Positions 19,075-29,075 of a DNA stretch of 64,000 nt are shown here, piece by piece (the first letter of the stretch is position 1; every line of letters starts with the position of its first letter). The stretch spans positions 1 to 64,000 of the forward strand of contig DATMBG010000017.1 of NCBI GenBank assembly GCA_035559535.1, in the 5' to 3' direction. The DNA is from Candidatus Limnocylindrales bacterium (lineage in GTDB: Bacteria; Moduliflexota; Moduliflexia; Moduliflexales; JAUQPW01). A program made the position numbers and the translations under genes. The notes below the pieces were generated by a model. That model had not been told where the DNA came from and did not search any database. It saw only the letters and a program-made list of their open reading frames with translations.

Positions 19075-20391
19075 TTAGAAGGAGTCTTTAGAGACGACGA
19101 CGATCCCACCTGGACTTACCACGAACTGCTGCCGATCTCGCTCAGGATTGAAGCCGATTTCAAATCCTTCAGGGACGATAACCCCCTTATCCAGTATGGC
19201 CCTTCGGATTTTAGCCCGACGACCAATTTGTACGCCTTCCAGAAGAACAGATTCATAAATTTGCGCATAACTGTTAACCCGAACATTGGGAGAGAGAACC
19301 GAATTTTGAACACGTCCCCCACTGATGATACATCCTTGAGAGACCATAGAGTTTAGCGCAATTCCCATTCTACCTCCCGGGTAGTCCTCTGCATGGACGA
19401 ATTTAGGAGGTGGAAATTGTTCTTGATAGGTTCGTATGGGCCAGTTTCGGTCATAGAGATTAAAGAGGGGAGTTACAGAGACCAGGTCCATATGTGCTTC
19501 CCAATAGGCATCTAGAGTTCCAATATCTCGCCAATATCCTGCATCCCCGGCGGGGGGATGGGGAGATGGAAATTCCGGGTTATGAATTCCAAAGGGATAC
19601 CCATAAACCGCGTTTTGCTCCAGCATGGCTGGAACAAATTTCTCGCCGATATCTTGGGTGCAATTTTCCACGGATTCCTCCCGTAACTTTTTAAGTAAAA
19701 CCTCTGTGCTAAAGAGATAGATACCCATGGAAACCCAACAATAGCCAGCTGATGGGGAGTAAGAAGGTGAGAAGATAGGGGAGTGGGTATCGGTTCCTTC
19801 TCTTTTCCATCCTCCTACTGTCTTATTCTCCCACGCTTCTATTTTCTCCGGCGAAGGTTTTTCCTCAAACCATAGAACCTGACCCTGGGGATTTAGCTCC
19901 ACGACTCCAAATCGGGAAGCCTGCTCCTTTTCTACTTGAGTGACCGCCAGGGTTAAATCTGCTTTTTTTTCCTTGTGGAAAAGGATCATTCGAGAGTAAT
20001 CCATCTTGTAAACATGATCCCCGGAAAGGATCAGGACATAGGAGGGAGATTCCTTTTCAATGGTATAAATATTTTGAAAAATGGCATTGACAGTTCCTTG
20101 ATACCATTGTTCTCCAACTCTTTGCTGAGGGGGGATGATATCGATATACTCTCCCAGTTGTCGACTTAGAAAACCCCATCCTTCTTTGAGATGACGATCC
20201 AGGGACATAAATTTGTACTGGGTAAGAACATTAATTTTACGGAGGTTGGAGTTAATACAGTTATTGAGAACAAAATCGATGATCCGATAAATCCCTCCAA
20301 AAGGGACGGCAGGTTTAGCCCGATCTTTCGTTAGGGGATATAGCCGACTTCCTTTACCACCGGCTAGAATCATGGTAAGAACATCTTTCAT
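19075..20391 (-). CDS. glgC: Glucose-1-phosphate adenylyltransferase
   Basis: ILAGGKGSRLYPLTKDRAKPAVPFGG, LSGDHVYKMDY, FEEKP, YWRDIGT; start at MKDVL. Confidence 0.97.
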   Translation of the reverse strand: MKDVLTMILAGGKGSRLYPLTKDRAKPAVPFGGIYRIIDFVLNNCINSNLRKINVLTQYKFMSLDRHLKEGWGFLSRQLGEYIDIIPPQQRVGEQWYQGTVNAIFQNIYTIEKESPSYVLILSGDHVYKMDYSRMILFHKEKKADLTLAVTQVEKEQASRFGVVELNPQGQVLWFEEKPSPEKIEAWENKTVGGWKREGTDTHSPIFSPSYSPSAGYCWVSMGIYLFSTEVLLKKLREESVENCTQDIGEKFVPAMLEQNAVYGYPFGIHNPEFPSPHPPAGDAGYWRDIGTLDAYWEAHMDLVSVTPLFNLYDRNWPIRTYQEQFPPPKFVHAEDYPGGRMGIALNSMVSQGCIISGGRVQNSVLSPNVRVNSYAQIYESVLLEGVQIGRRAKIRRAILDKGVIVPEGFEIGFNPERDRQQFVVSPGGIVVVSKDSF

Positions 20392-20543
20392 ACAGAGGGT
20401 AAAACGCAAAAGGCAAAAGGAAGTAAGGATTCACCGCCCAGGATGGTTTGAGAGACCCCGGAACCTGGGGACACAGGGATAAGAAAACTCCTTCTGTTCT
20501 TTCGTCACCGGGTTTCCGGGAAGAGAGTTCTCACAGCTCAGGG

Positions 20544-22955
20544 TTAAACAGCTACTTTTGCCTTTGGGTGTTTGCCTTTTGGACTTTGATTTTTCTCCAA
20601 GGCAACTTCCAGGACTTCATCCATGGTTTGGACGAAGAGGAATTTAATATCTTTTTTAATATGTTCGGGGACTTCTTCCAGATCTTTTTCGTTTTTCTTA
20701 GGCAAAATAACGGTTGTAATTCCGGCCTGTTTAGCGGCCAGGACCTTTTCTTTGATTCCACCGACCGGAAGTACCTGTCCTCGCAGGGTGATTTCACCGG
20801 TCATAGCCACGTCACTTCGTACGGGCCGTCCGGTTAGAAGAGAAGCCAAAGCCGTCATCATGGTAACTCCTGCGGAAGGTCCATCTTTAGGGATGGACCC
20901 GGCCGGAACGTGGATATGGATATCGTTCTTTTCGTAGAAATCCTCCGGAATTCCAAGATCCTTTGCTTTAGAACGGATGTAACTTAAAGCGGCCTGTGCC
21001 GATTCTTTCATGACATCCCCCAGTTGCCCGGTCAGGATAAGATTTTTTCCCCCACGCATCATCGTGGCCTCTACAAACAGGATATCCCCTCCAACGGGAG
21101 TCCAGGCTAATCCGGTAGCTATACCGGGGACAGAAGTTCGTTCGGCCACCTCCGAGAAAAATTTGATAGGCCCGAGGTACTGAGGAACTTTATCCGGCGT
21201 GATAACTTCCGTGGTCTCCTTTCCCAGAGCGACTTCTTTGGCAACCCCTCGACAGATAGTTGCAATTTGGCGTTCCAGATTTCTTACCCCGGCCTCTCGG
21301 GTATAGGATCGGATAATCAAGCGAAGAGCTTCGTCCTCGACTTGGAGATGCCTAGGTTCCAGACCATGGGCTTCCAATTGCTTAGGTAATAAGTGGGTCT
21401 TGGCAATCATGAGTTTTTCTTCTTCGGTATAGCCTGGAAGATCCAGCACTTCCATCCGATCTCGGAGAGCCGGAGGAATCGTATCCAAAACATTTGCCGT
21501 AGCAATAAACATAACCTTGGAGAGATCAAAGGGAACCTCTAGATAGTGATCTGAGAAAGCGTAATTTTGTTCAGGATCCAGGACCTCAAGCAAAGCCGAG
21601 GAGGGATCCCCTCGAAAATCCGTTCCCACCTTATCGATCTCATCCAGCATAAAAACCGGATTGTTGGAGCCGGCTTTGCGAATTCCTTGAATGATACGGC
21701 CAGGCAGCGCTCCAATATACGTTCGCCGATGTCCACGGATCTCAGCTTCATCCCGGACTCCTCCCAAGGATACACGAACAAACTTACGCCCCAAAGCTCT
21801 GGCGATGGATCTACCAAGGGATGTTTTTCCAACTCCGGGCGGACCCAGGAAACAGAGAATCGGACCTTTCATATCCTTTTTAAGTTTGCGAACAGCCAGA
21901 TACTCCAAAATACGCTTCTTAACCCGCTCTAAATCATAATGATCTTCATCGAGGACTTTCTGTGCAGATTCTATATCCAGATTATCCTCCGTAGAAATAG
22001 ACCAGGGCAGCTCCACTAACCATTCTAAATAAGTACGGGAAACGGTATACTCGGCGGCAGCAGGTGGCATTTTTGCCAATCGATTCAGCTCTCTTTCGGC
22101 GGCTTCTTTGGCTTCTGGAGGCATGTTGGCTTTCTCGATTTTTTCTTTAAACTCCTCAATTTCAAGGGTTCGCTCGTCTTTCTCTCCCAACTCCTTCTGG
22201 ATAGCTTTGAGCTGTTCCCGTAAGTAATACTCCCGTTGGCTCTTATCCATCTCCCCTTTAATTTGGGATTGGATCTTTTCCCGAACTTCCATGATCTCCA
22301 GTTCTCGATTAAGGAAAAAGGTAATCCGCTCTAATTGTTGCCGAATATCCTGGAGTTCCAGAATTTCTTGTCGTTCCTGGGTCGAGATATTGATACTGGA
22401 GGCGATTAAATAGACCAGCTCACTGGGCTCTTGGATATTGAGCGCCATAATTTCAATTTCATCGGAGAGATAGGGAGCCATACTTACGACCTTTTGAAAA
22501 AGGCTCCGTACATTCATGGTGAGAGCTTCCACTCGAACGTCTTTCGTATACTGATCTGGAATCGCTTCCACCTTAGCCCGATAATAAGGCTCGGTTTGAA
22601 TGTACTCCTGGATGCGAATTCGAGAAAGCCCTTGAATTAACAAACGGAGGCTCCCATCGGGCATTTTGATCATCTTTAGGATAATGGCCGCAGTCCCAAC
22701 CGTATACAGATCTTTAATTTCCGGATTCTCTATCTTGGAATCTCTTAAAGCGGTTACCCCGATGATCCGATCCCCCATCAGGGCATCATCCACCAATTTA
22801 ATCGAGCGCTCTTTACCCACCACCAACGGTAAAACCATCTTGGGATATAAAACAGAATCCCGCAAAGGAAGTATCGCTAACGCCGGAGGTAAAACAGCCT
22901 TATCTTTTTCAGAGGGACCCAAACCAGTTGGTTCGCTGATGCCAGTTTGTTCCAT
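20544..22955 (-). CDS. lon: Lon protease
   Basis: Walker [24 protein letters not shown] (Ser), VGGIKEK (Lys). Confidence 0.98.
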   Translation of the reverse strand: MEQTGISEPTGLGPSEKDKAVLPPALAILPLRDSVLYPKMVLPLVVGKERSIKLVDDALMGDRIIGVTALRDSKIENPEIKDLYTVGTAAIILKMIKMPDGSLRLLIQGLSRIRIQEYIQTEPYYRAKVEAIPDQYTKDVRVEALTMNVRSLFQKVVSMAPYLSDEIEIMALNIQEPSELVYLIASSINISTQERQEILELQDIRQQLERITFFLNRELEIMEVREKIQSQIKGEMDKSQREYYLREQLKAIQKELGEKDERTLEIEEFKEKIEKANMPPEAKEAAERELNRLAKMPPAAAEYTVSRTYLEWLVELPWSISTEDNLDIESAQKVLDEDHYDLERVKKRILEYLAVRKLKKDMKGPILCFLGPPGVGKTSLGRSIARALGRKFVRVSLGGVRDEAEIRGHRRTYIGALPGRIIQGIRKAGSNNPVFMLDEIDKVGTDFRGDPSSALLEVLDPEQNYAFSDHYLEVPFDLSKVMFIATANVLDTIPPALRDRMEVLDLPGYTEEEKLMIAKTHLLPKQLEAHGLEPRHLQVEDEALRLIIRSYTREAGVRNLERQIATICRGVAKEVALGKETTEVITPDKVPQYLGPIKFFSEVAERTSVPGIATGLAWTPVGGDILFVEATMMRGGKNLILTGQLGDVMKESAQAALSYIRSKAKDLGIPEDFYEKNDIHIHVPAGSIPKDGPSAGVTMMTALASLLTGRPVRSDVAMTGEITLRGQVLPVGGIKEKVLAAKQAGITTVILPKKNEKDLEEVPEHIKKDIKFLFVQTMDEVLEVALEKNQSPKGKHPKAKVAV

Positions 22956-22979
22956 CCTGATTCCTCGTATGTTTTAAGA

Positions 22980-23032
22980 AAAAATTAGAAATCAGAAGTT
23001 AGAAGCTCCTTTCTTCTGACCCCTGACTCCTG
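22980..23032. repeat. Inverted 7-mer tandem repeats between hsp20 and lon
   Basis: aaattag aaatcag aagttag ... ttctgac ccctgac tcctgg. Confidence 0.55.
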
Positions 23033-23052
23033 GTTATAGAAGTTACGGCTTT

Positions 23053-23499
23053 TTATTCTGCTAAAATTTCCACTTTCCGACTTACCGGTACATTCTGTTT
23101 AGGTAAATGGATCCAAAGGAACCCATCTTTATAAGAAGCAACAATTTTATCGTCCTGGATAGGAATCGTCAGTTTAATAACCCGCTCAAAATAACCAAAA
23201 TCGATCTCTACCTGGTGCATTTTCTGTCGGGCAACGAATTGAGTCGGATTAATCCGCTTACCTGATATAATTAACAGATCTTTATTAAACACGATCTGGA
23301 TATCTTCCTTCTTTATACCGGCTATATCTACAAGTACCACAATGTTATCAACCGTTTCATAGATATCTACCAAGGGTTTCCAGACTCTGTCGCATGAAAC
23401 ATTTACGGAACCCATTGCGCGGATATCCTTGATCATCTTCTCCATTTGATTCTGAAGATCCTCAAAATACTTGAGGTTATCCAGGTCTATGATATCCAT
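23053..23499 (-). CDS. Hsp20/alpha-crystallin small heat-shock protein
   Basis: WKPLVDIYET, DIAGIKKEDI, FGYFER, ASYKDGFLWIHLPK; upstream of lon. Confidence 0.92.
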   Translation of the reverse strand: MDIIDLDNLKYFEDLQNQMEKMIKDIRAMGSVNVSCDRVWKPLVDIYETVDNIVVLVDIAGIKKEDIQIVFNKDLLIISGKRINPTQFVARQKMHQVEIDFGYFERVIKLTIPIQDDKIVASYKDGFLWIHLPKQNVPVSRKVEILAE

Positions 23500-23719
23500 A
23501 ACTTGATCTCCTGTTGCATTCTCTGTCTTTAATCCAGGAATGCCTGTGGGGTTTATCCTGTGATTTTAATCAGAAGGTTATAACTACACGATGAAACTAA
23601 AATCAGGTTCTGTCAATAGTTATTCTGGGTTCCGGAAGAGCCCCCTGAGTCCTCAAACTTGAAGGATCCTCTGCTTTTCCATTGACAAATTTTAAACTCC
23701 TATGCTACAGTCATGTCCC

Positions 23720-24583
23720 ATGACACCGTTGACTCTTAAGGAATTTGAGAAATTTCGCGATCTCATCTATCAGCATACCTCGCTTTTCTTCACGGAAAAG
23801 AAAAAGACCTTTTTAGAGAGTAAATTACGGCAACGCATGGAGATGCTGGACCTTTCTTCTTATGAAGCTTATTATCAGCTCCTAAAAGGGGAGAAGGCTT
23901 CTTCTAAAGAACTTTCGGCTTTGATAGAAACCCTGGTCATTCCCGAAACTTCCTTTTTCCGAATCCGGGGGCATTTTTTGGAACTCGAACGAAGTATATT
24001 TCCCAAGCTACTCACCCAAAAGTCCCAAGAAAGCCAGTCCCTGCCTCTACCTCAAAAACCCCAAATTCGGATATGGTCGGTTGCCTGCTCTACAGGGGAA
24101 GAACCCTATTCTATCGCCATGTCCCTTTTAGAAGTCCTTGGAGATCCTGCCGCGTGGAATATTGAGATCCTTGCTACAGATATCAGTAACTCGGCTTTAG
24201 CTAAAGCCCAAAGGGGTATTTATTCTAAGGATAAAGTAAAAAAGGTAGAATCCAGATATGTTGACAAATATTTTAAAGATCTGGGAGGGAAAGAGTATCA
24301 GATAGCCGCTGAAGTCCGGCGATGGATAAGATTTCAATACCTCAATCTCAGGGATCTGGATAAATTTCATTCTGCAAGTTATGATCTCATTTTCTGCAGG
24401 AATGTCTTGATTTACTTTGATCGAAAAGCCCAGGACCTTCTTATGGAGAGAGTGACGAATCTACTTCTTCCGGGAGGTTACCTGTTTTTAGGCGATGCCG
24501 AACCCCTCCATACCTTTCCCCAAATTGCAAGAAAGTTTGAATTTATCGAAATAGAAGATGCTATGATTTACAGAAAAAAGTAG
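23720..24583 (+). CDS. cheR: CheR-type methyltransferase (copy 1)
   Basis: ETSFFR, IWSVACSTGEEPYS, ATDIS, IFCRNVLIYF; start 23720 preferred over 23702. Confidence 0.93.
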   Translation: MTPLTLKEFEKFRDLIYQHTSLFFTEKKKTFLESKLRQRMEMLDLSSYEAYYQLLKGEKASSKELSALIETLVIPETSFFRIRGHFLELERSIFPKLLTQKSQESQSLPLPQKPQIRIWSVACSTGEEPYSIAMSLLEVLGDPAAWNIEILATDISNSALAKAQRGIYSKDKVKKVESRYVDKYFKDLGGKEYQIAAEVRRWIRFQYLNLRDLDKFHSASYDLIFCRNVLIYFDRKAQDLLMERVTNLLLPGGYLFLGDAEPLHTFPQIARKFEFIEIEDAMIYRKK

Positions 24584-24592
24584 GAGAGCCCT

Positions 24593-26926
24593 ATGTATGA
24601 AGATGATCTCGAACTCTTAGATTCCCCGGATGAGGATATTCGATGTGCCGCCCTGGTTCGGTTGGCCGATAGAGATGTTAACTGGATTCTCGAACCTCTT
24701 ATGTTGGCCTTAGCAGATCCCAGTTGGCGGGTTCGGAAAGCTGCTATCAAGGCTTTAGAGAAAGCGGATAAACATCGACTTATTCCCCTTCTCCTGAAGG
24801 CTCTTCGCGAGGATCATGCCGGGGTACGGAATGCTGCCATGGAGTGTTTGATAAATATCGGAAAAGAAGCGGTAAGCCCTTTATGCCAGCTTTTATCAGA
24901 TCCTGATAAGGATTTAAGGATCTTTGCCGTAAACACCTTGGGTGCCATAAGAGATCCCACGGCTTATCCTTGCCTGATCAAAGCTTTAACAGATCCTGAA
25001 AAAAATGTCTGCCACGCTGCCATCGATGCTCTGGCTAAAGTAAAAGATCCACGGGCCGTAGACCCTCTGATCCAGATTGTTCAAAGAGAGGATATTTGGC
25101 TAAAGCTTCCGGCCATAGCCACTCTGGGAGAACTCGGAGATCCACGGGCAATTCCGTATCTACTTCCCCTGGCCCAAGACTTTCTCTTCAAACAAACCGT
25201 TATAGAAGCCCTGGGGGCCATTGGAGATGAAGCCGGTATACCTCTTATGATCCCAAACCTGGAAGATCCTGACCCGGATATTCAGAAAGCCGCTCTGCTG
25301 GCTTTAAAAAAGATCCTATTCAAAACGGATCGGATCAATCGAATGATGGATAAGATCTCCCCACTTCGGCAGCAATTTAATCAGGCTTTTACCTCAGGAG
25401 CTTTAAACTACCTCATGAGGGCTATAGGGGATGAAAATCCTGAAATAGCCGAAGCTGCTGTTTTCTTGCTGGGATGGTCAGAGGCACCTGAAGCTACAGA
25501 GACTCTGCTGGAACTTCTAAACCATGAAAGGTTATCCGATTCGGCCATGGAGGCTTTACTTAATCAAGGGACTCGAATCCTCTCCGGTCTGGAAGAACGG
25601 TATGAATTTAACGAGTATGACCAGAAACTTCGTATCCTGGAGTGCCTGAATCGATTGAGCTGGAACCTCCTGTCGGATCTGGAAGAAAAGGAGCCCATCT
25701 CCAGGGACTCCGGGGACAGATTTGGAGAGAATTTTGAGTCCGTTGAAGGAATCGTTTCTGAAGGGTACTCGCAGGGACTAAAAGATGTGTTAAAAGTCCT
25801 CCAGATTTTTATAGATCTGTTTAAAAAAGAGGGGGAAGAAGAACTCCAGGCGGAGATTCTGAGAGGGCTTGCTTCAGAAAGATTTATTAAATTTCTGAAA
25901 CTTCAGACCATCTCCACGCTTCCCCTTTTCCGGGAGCTCCTTGTTTTGATTGAAGAAGCCTTGCAGTCCCAGGATGCGTTTTTACGGGCAGAAGCCATCA
26001 AACTCATGGGGCAGTTAAAAGGAGTTACCGCTTTAAACCTGCTACATCTTGCTACCAAAGACCTGGACGGAAGAGTACGGGCTGCAGCCATTACTCAACT
26101 CGGCTGGCTAGCCCGACGCGATTCCGGCTTACTGGATTCTGTTACCCTGGCTTTATCCGATGAGGATCCAAAAGTTCGTGAGCAGGCCGCTTTGGCCCTG
26201 GGATCTATTCCAGAGCCTAAAGCCTTGGAGGCTCTCCTCCAGGCCATCCAGGATGAAGATTTCCGGGTTAAACGGGCGGTCATTAATACCCTGGGAAAGT
26301 TTAAAAACCTCCGGATAATCGATACCTTAGCCGGTATCCTTCCCTACTGTAAGCGGCGAGAAGATGGGACCCTCCGGGTAGCCATTTGTGAAACGTTGGG
26401 TCGGTTTCTAAATTCGGAAAAAAGTATTACGCTTCTGAGCGAAATGCTTACGGATTACGACTTTGTAGTACGCCGGGCAGCCGTTTACGCCCTGGGGAAT
26501 ACCAAAGACCATCGTGAACGTGTTAAAGGTCTCCTGATCCAGGCTTTGGAGGACCCCCACTGGAGTGTTCAGGAAGCCGCCATAAAATCCCTTGGAAAAT
26601 TGGGGATTAAGGACTGTGAAGATCTCTTCCTCCATCTTCTGAATCATCCAAAGATAGGTCTTCGAAAAGCAGCCATTCAGGCTTTGGGAGAAATAGGTTC
26701 TGAAAAAGCTCTAGAAATGCTCATCTCCCTCCTGATAGATGAGGACCTATGCCAAGAGGCCTATCAGGCTCTTCTTATCTGGGTAGATAAAAATGATCGG
26801 TCCGATGTCCTTACACTTCTTATGGAAGAAAAAGGACGATCCCATCCAAATCCTCTGGTGTACCGTCTCGTAAAGAGTATTTTGAATAAGGGTAACCATG
26901 GAAGATCACAATCAAGAAGCCTTTAA
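24593..26926 (+). CDS. HEAT/PBS-lyase repeat protein
   Basis: Repeated LxDxDxxVRxxAxxALG units in N- and C-terminal blocks. Confidence 0.92.
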   Translation: MYEDDLELLDSPDEDIRCAALVRLADRDVNWILEPLMLALADPSWRVRKAAIKALEKADKHRLIPLLLKALREDHAGVRNAAMECLINIGKEAVSPLCQLLSDPDKDLRIFAVNTLGAIRDPTAYPCLIKALTDPEKNVCHAAIDALAKVKDPRAVDPLIQIVQREDIWLKLPAIATLGELGDPRAIPYLLPLAQDFLFKQTVIEALGAIGDEAGIPLMIPNLEDPDPDIQKAALLALKKILFKTDRINRMMDKISPLRQQFNQAFTSGALNYLMRAIGDENPEIAEAAVFLLGWSEAPEATETLLELLNHERLSDSAMEALLNQGTRILSGLEERYEFNEYDQKLRILECLNRLSWNLLSDLEEKEPISRDSGDRFGENFESVEGIVSEGYSQGLKDVLKVLQIFIDLFKKEGEEELQAEILRGLASERFIKFLKLQTISTLPLFRELLVLIEEALQSQDAFLRAEAIKLMGQLKGVTALNLLHLATKDLDGRVRAAAITQLGWLARRDSGLLDSVTLALSDEDPKVREQAALALGSIPEPKALEALLQAIQDEDFRVKRAVINTLGKFKNLRIIDTLAGILPYCKRREDGTLRVAICETLGRFLNSEKSITLLSEMLTDYDFVVRRAAVYALGNTKDHRERVKGLLIQALEDPHWSVQEAAIKSLGKLGIKDCEDLFLHLLNHPKIGLRKAAIQALGEIGSEKALEMLISLLIDEDLCQEAYQALLIWVDKNDRSDVLTLLMEEKGRSHPNPLVYRLVKSILNKGNHGRSQSRSL

Positions 26927-27728
26927 ACTCATTCGGGAAGTGATTTACCAATATTCCGGGATGTACTTCTCCGATGATTACCAAAAGATCTTGCTTAAAC
27001 GGCTGGAAAAGCGCCTGGATTTTCATAACTTAAGTTCCTTCTATGATTACTACTACTACCTGAAGTACAATAAAGATAGCGATCAGGAACTTAAAATTGT
27101 TATGAATCTTGTAACGATCCGGGAAACCTATTTCTTTCGAGAAGAAGGTCAATTGAAAGCCCTGGTTGAAGAGGTCATTCCGGAGATTTTGAATAAAAAA
27201 TCGGATCCGAGTCCAATCCGAATCTGGTGTGCAGGATGTTCTTCAGGAGAGGAACCCTATTCCATCGCCATACTTATTCTGGAACAGGAACTCCACCAAA
27301 GGGGCTTCAGTCTGGAAATTTTTGCAAATGATATCAGTCAGGAGGCCATTCAAAGGGCAAAAATCGGGGAATATATGAAATCGTCCTTTCGAACCATGCC
27401 GGTCTTTTATAGGGAAAAGTACTTCACCCCCAAGGGAGATAAGTATGTAATAAAAAGCGAAGTAAAATCCCTTCTGAATTTCTCCTGCATGAACTTACTG
27501 GATAGAAATAAATTGACATTTCTCCCCCTTTTTGATGTGATCTTTTGTCGTAACGTAATCATATACTTCAATAAAAAATCTAAACAGGAGGTTATCACGC
27601 AATTTCATAAATCTTTAAAAAAAGACGGATATTTATTCTTGGGGCATTCGGAATCCCTGATGGACTTTACGGATCTTTTCAAATTAAAGCATTTTAAAAA
27701 TGCCCTGGGATATGAAAAGGTTGGTTAA
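26898..27728 (+). CDS. cheR: CheR-type methyltransferase (copy 2)
   Basis: ETYFFRE, IWCAGCSSGEEPYS, IFCRNVIIYF, LGHSES. Confidence 0.95.
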   Translation: MEDHNQEAFKLIREVIYQYSGMYFSDDYQKILLKRLEKRLDFHNLSSFYDYYYYLKYNKDSDQELKIVMNLVTIRETYFFREEGQLKALVEEVIPEILNKKSDPSPIRIWCAGCSSGEEPYSIAILILEQELHQRGFSLEIFANDISQEAIQRAKIGEYMKSSFRTMPVFYREKYFTPKGDKYVIKSEVKSLLNFSCMNLLDRNKLTFLPLFDVIFCRNVIIYFNKKSKQEVITQFHKSLKKDGYLFLGHSESLMDFTDLFKLKHFKNALGYEKVG

Positions 27729-27779
27729 GAAAACGGTAACCTTTCTAAGGTTTTAAATCCTTGAAAGATGGGAGTTGGA

Positions 27780-28835
27780 ATGAATTCCAAAGTAAAAGTT
27801 CTTGTTGTAGATGACTCGGCGTTTGCCCGAAGAACCCTCACCAAAATCCTGGAACAGGATCCCAGGATTCAGGTGATTGGAACAGCCTGGGATGGGCGAG
27901 AAGCCCTGGAAAAAATCCAAAGATTAAAACCCGATGTGGTCACTTTGGATATTGTCATGCCGAATATGACCGGGCTTCAAGCCCTGGATGTTATCATTAA
28001 GGAAATGCCGACTCCCATCATTGTGGTTAGTTCCTTAAATCCAGAGGTTATCAAAGAAACTTTAATGGCCCTGGAGCGTGGGGCCGTAGACTTTATTTTG
28101 AAACCCACCGAATTTGCCTCCGAAAAACTCTTCCAGATAAAAACAGAGTTGATCAATAAAGTCATTACCGCGGCTTCCCTTAAAGGGAAGGCCTTACAGG
28201 ACCGGGTGATACAACCCACCATATCCCAACAAGAGGTCAAAGTCGTTACGCGAAAGGAGAAGCCCCTCCGGATTGATTGCGTATGTATCGGTGTTTCAAC
28301 GGGGGGACCGACCGCCCTTCATCAAATTATCCCTAAATTGCCGGCAGATTTTCCGGCCAGCATCCTCATCGTTCAACATATGCCGCCGGGTTTTACGGAG
28401 TCCCTGGCAGACCGCTTAAATCGCAACAGCCAGATTGAGGTCAAAGAAGCCAAAGAAGGAGACCTGGTCAAACCGGGAAGAGCCCTTGTCGCCCCGGGGG
28501 GTTTTCACCTGAGTCTGGAAAGAAAGAAACATGCAGTTACGACCCGAATTCATCGTGAACCTTCCGATATCATTCATATTCCTTCCATTGACATTACCTT
28601 TAGTTCCGTAGCAGATATTTATGGCGAGCGCAGCTTAGGTGTTATCTTAACAGGTATGGGGAGAGACGGAATCCAGGGCCTTCAAAAAATCAAACAGAGC
28701 GGAGGGCTTTCCATTGCAGAAGATGAAAGTACTTGTGTGGTCTTTGGAATGCCTCAAGTAGCCATTAATACAGGAATCGTAGATAAGGTCGTCCCTCTCT
28801 ATGATATTGCAGGAGTAATCATGGAAATGGTTTAA
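27780..28835 (+). CDS. cheB: Chemotaxis methylesterase CheB (REC plus esterase)
   Basis: VVDDS, TLDIVMP; Ser/His/Asp in GVSTGGP, VQHMP, LTGMGRDG. Confidence 0.96.
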   Translation: MNSKVKVLVVDDSAFARRTLTKILEQDPRIQVIGTAWDGREALEKIQRLKPDVVTLDIVMPNMTGLQALDVIIKEMPTPIIVVSSLNPEVIKETLMALERGAVDFILKPTEFASEKLFQIKTELINKVITAASLKGKALQDRVIQPTISQQEVKVVTRKEKPLRIDCVCIGVSTGGPTALHQIIPKLPADFPASILIVQHMPPGFTESLADRLNRNSQIEVKEAKEGDLVKPGRALVAPGGFHLSLERKKHAVTTRIHREPSDIIHIPSIDITFSSVADIYGERSLGVILTGMGRDGIQGLQKIKQSGGLSIAEDESTCVVFGMPQVAINTGIVDKVVPLYDIAGVIMEMV

Positions 28836-29075
28836 ATTCCTCGCCCCCAGAGCCTGGACATTTTTAATCGGAATTTTTCCCTTTAAACCTTTTTGTTAAA
28901 ATCCTCGTCTACTACTATACCAGATATAATACCAGGCTTGAAGAGAAAAATAGGACATAAGCCAGGTTTTTTTAAGATCTGTATCCATGGTAGCAATTTA
29001 ATAGGTGAAAGAAAAAACAGGTTATACTTATCAGATTGATACCGATACTTTAAAAATCCCGAATTTCAGAAAATT

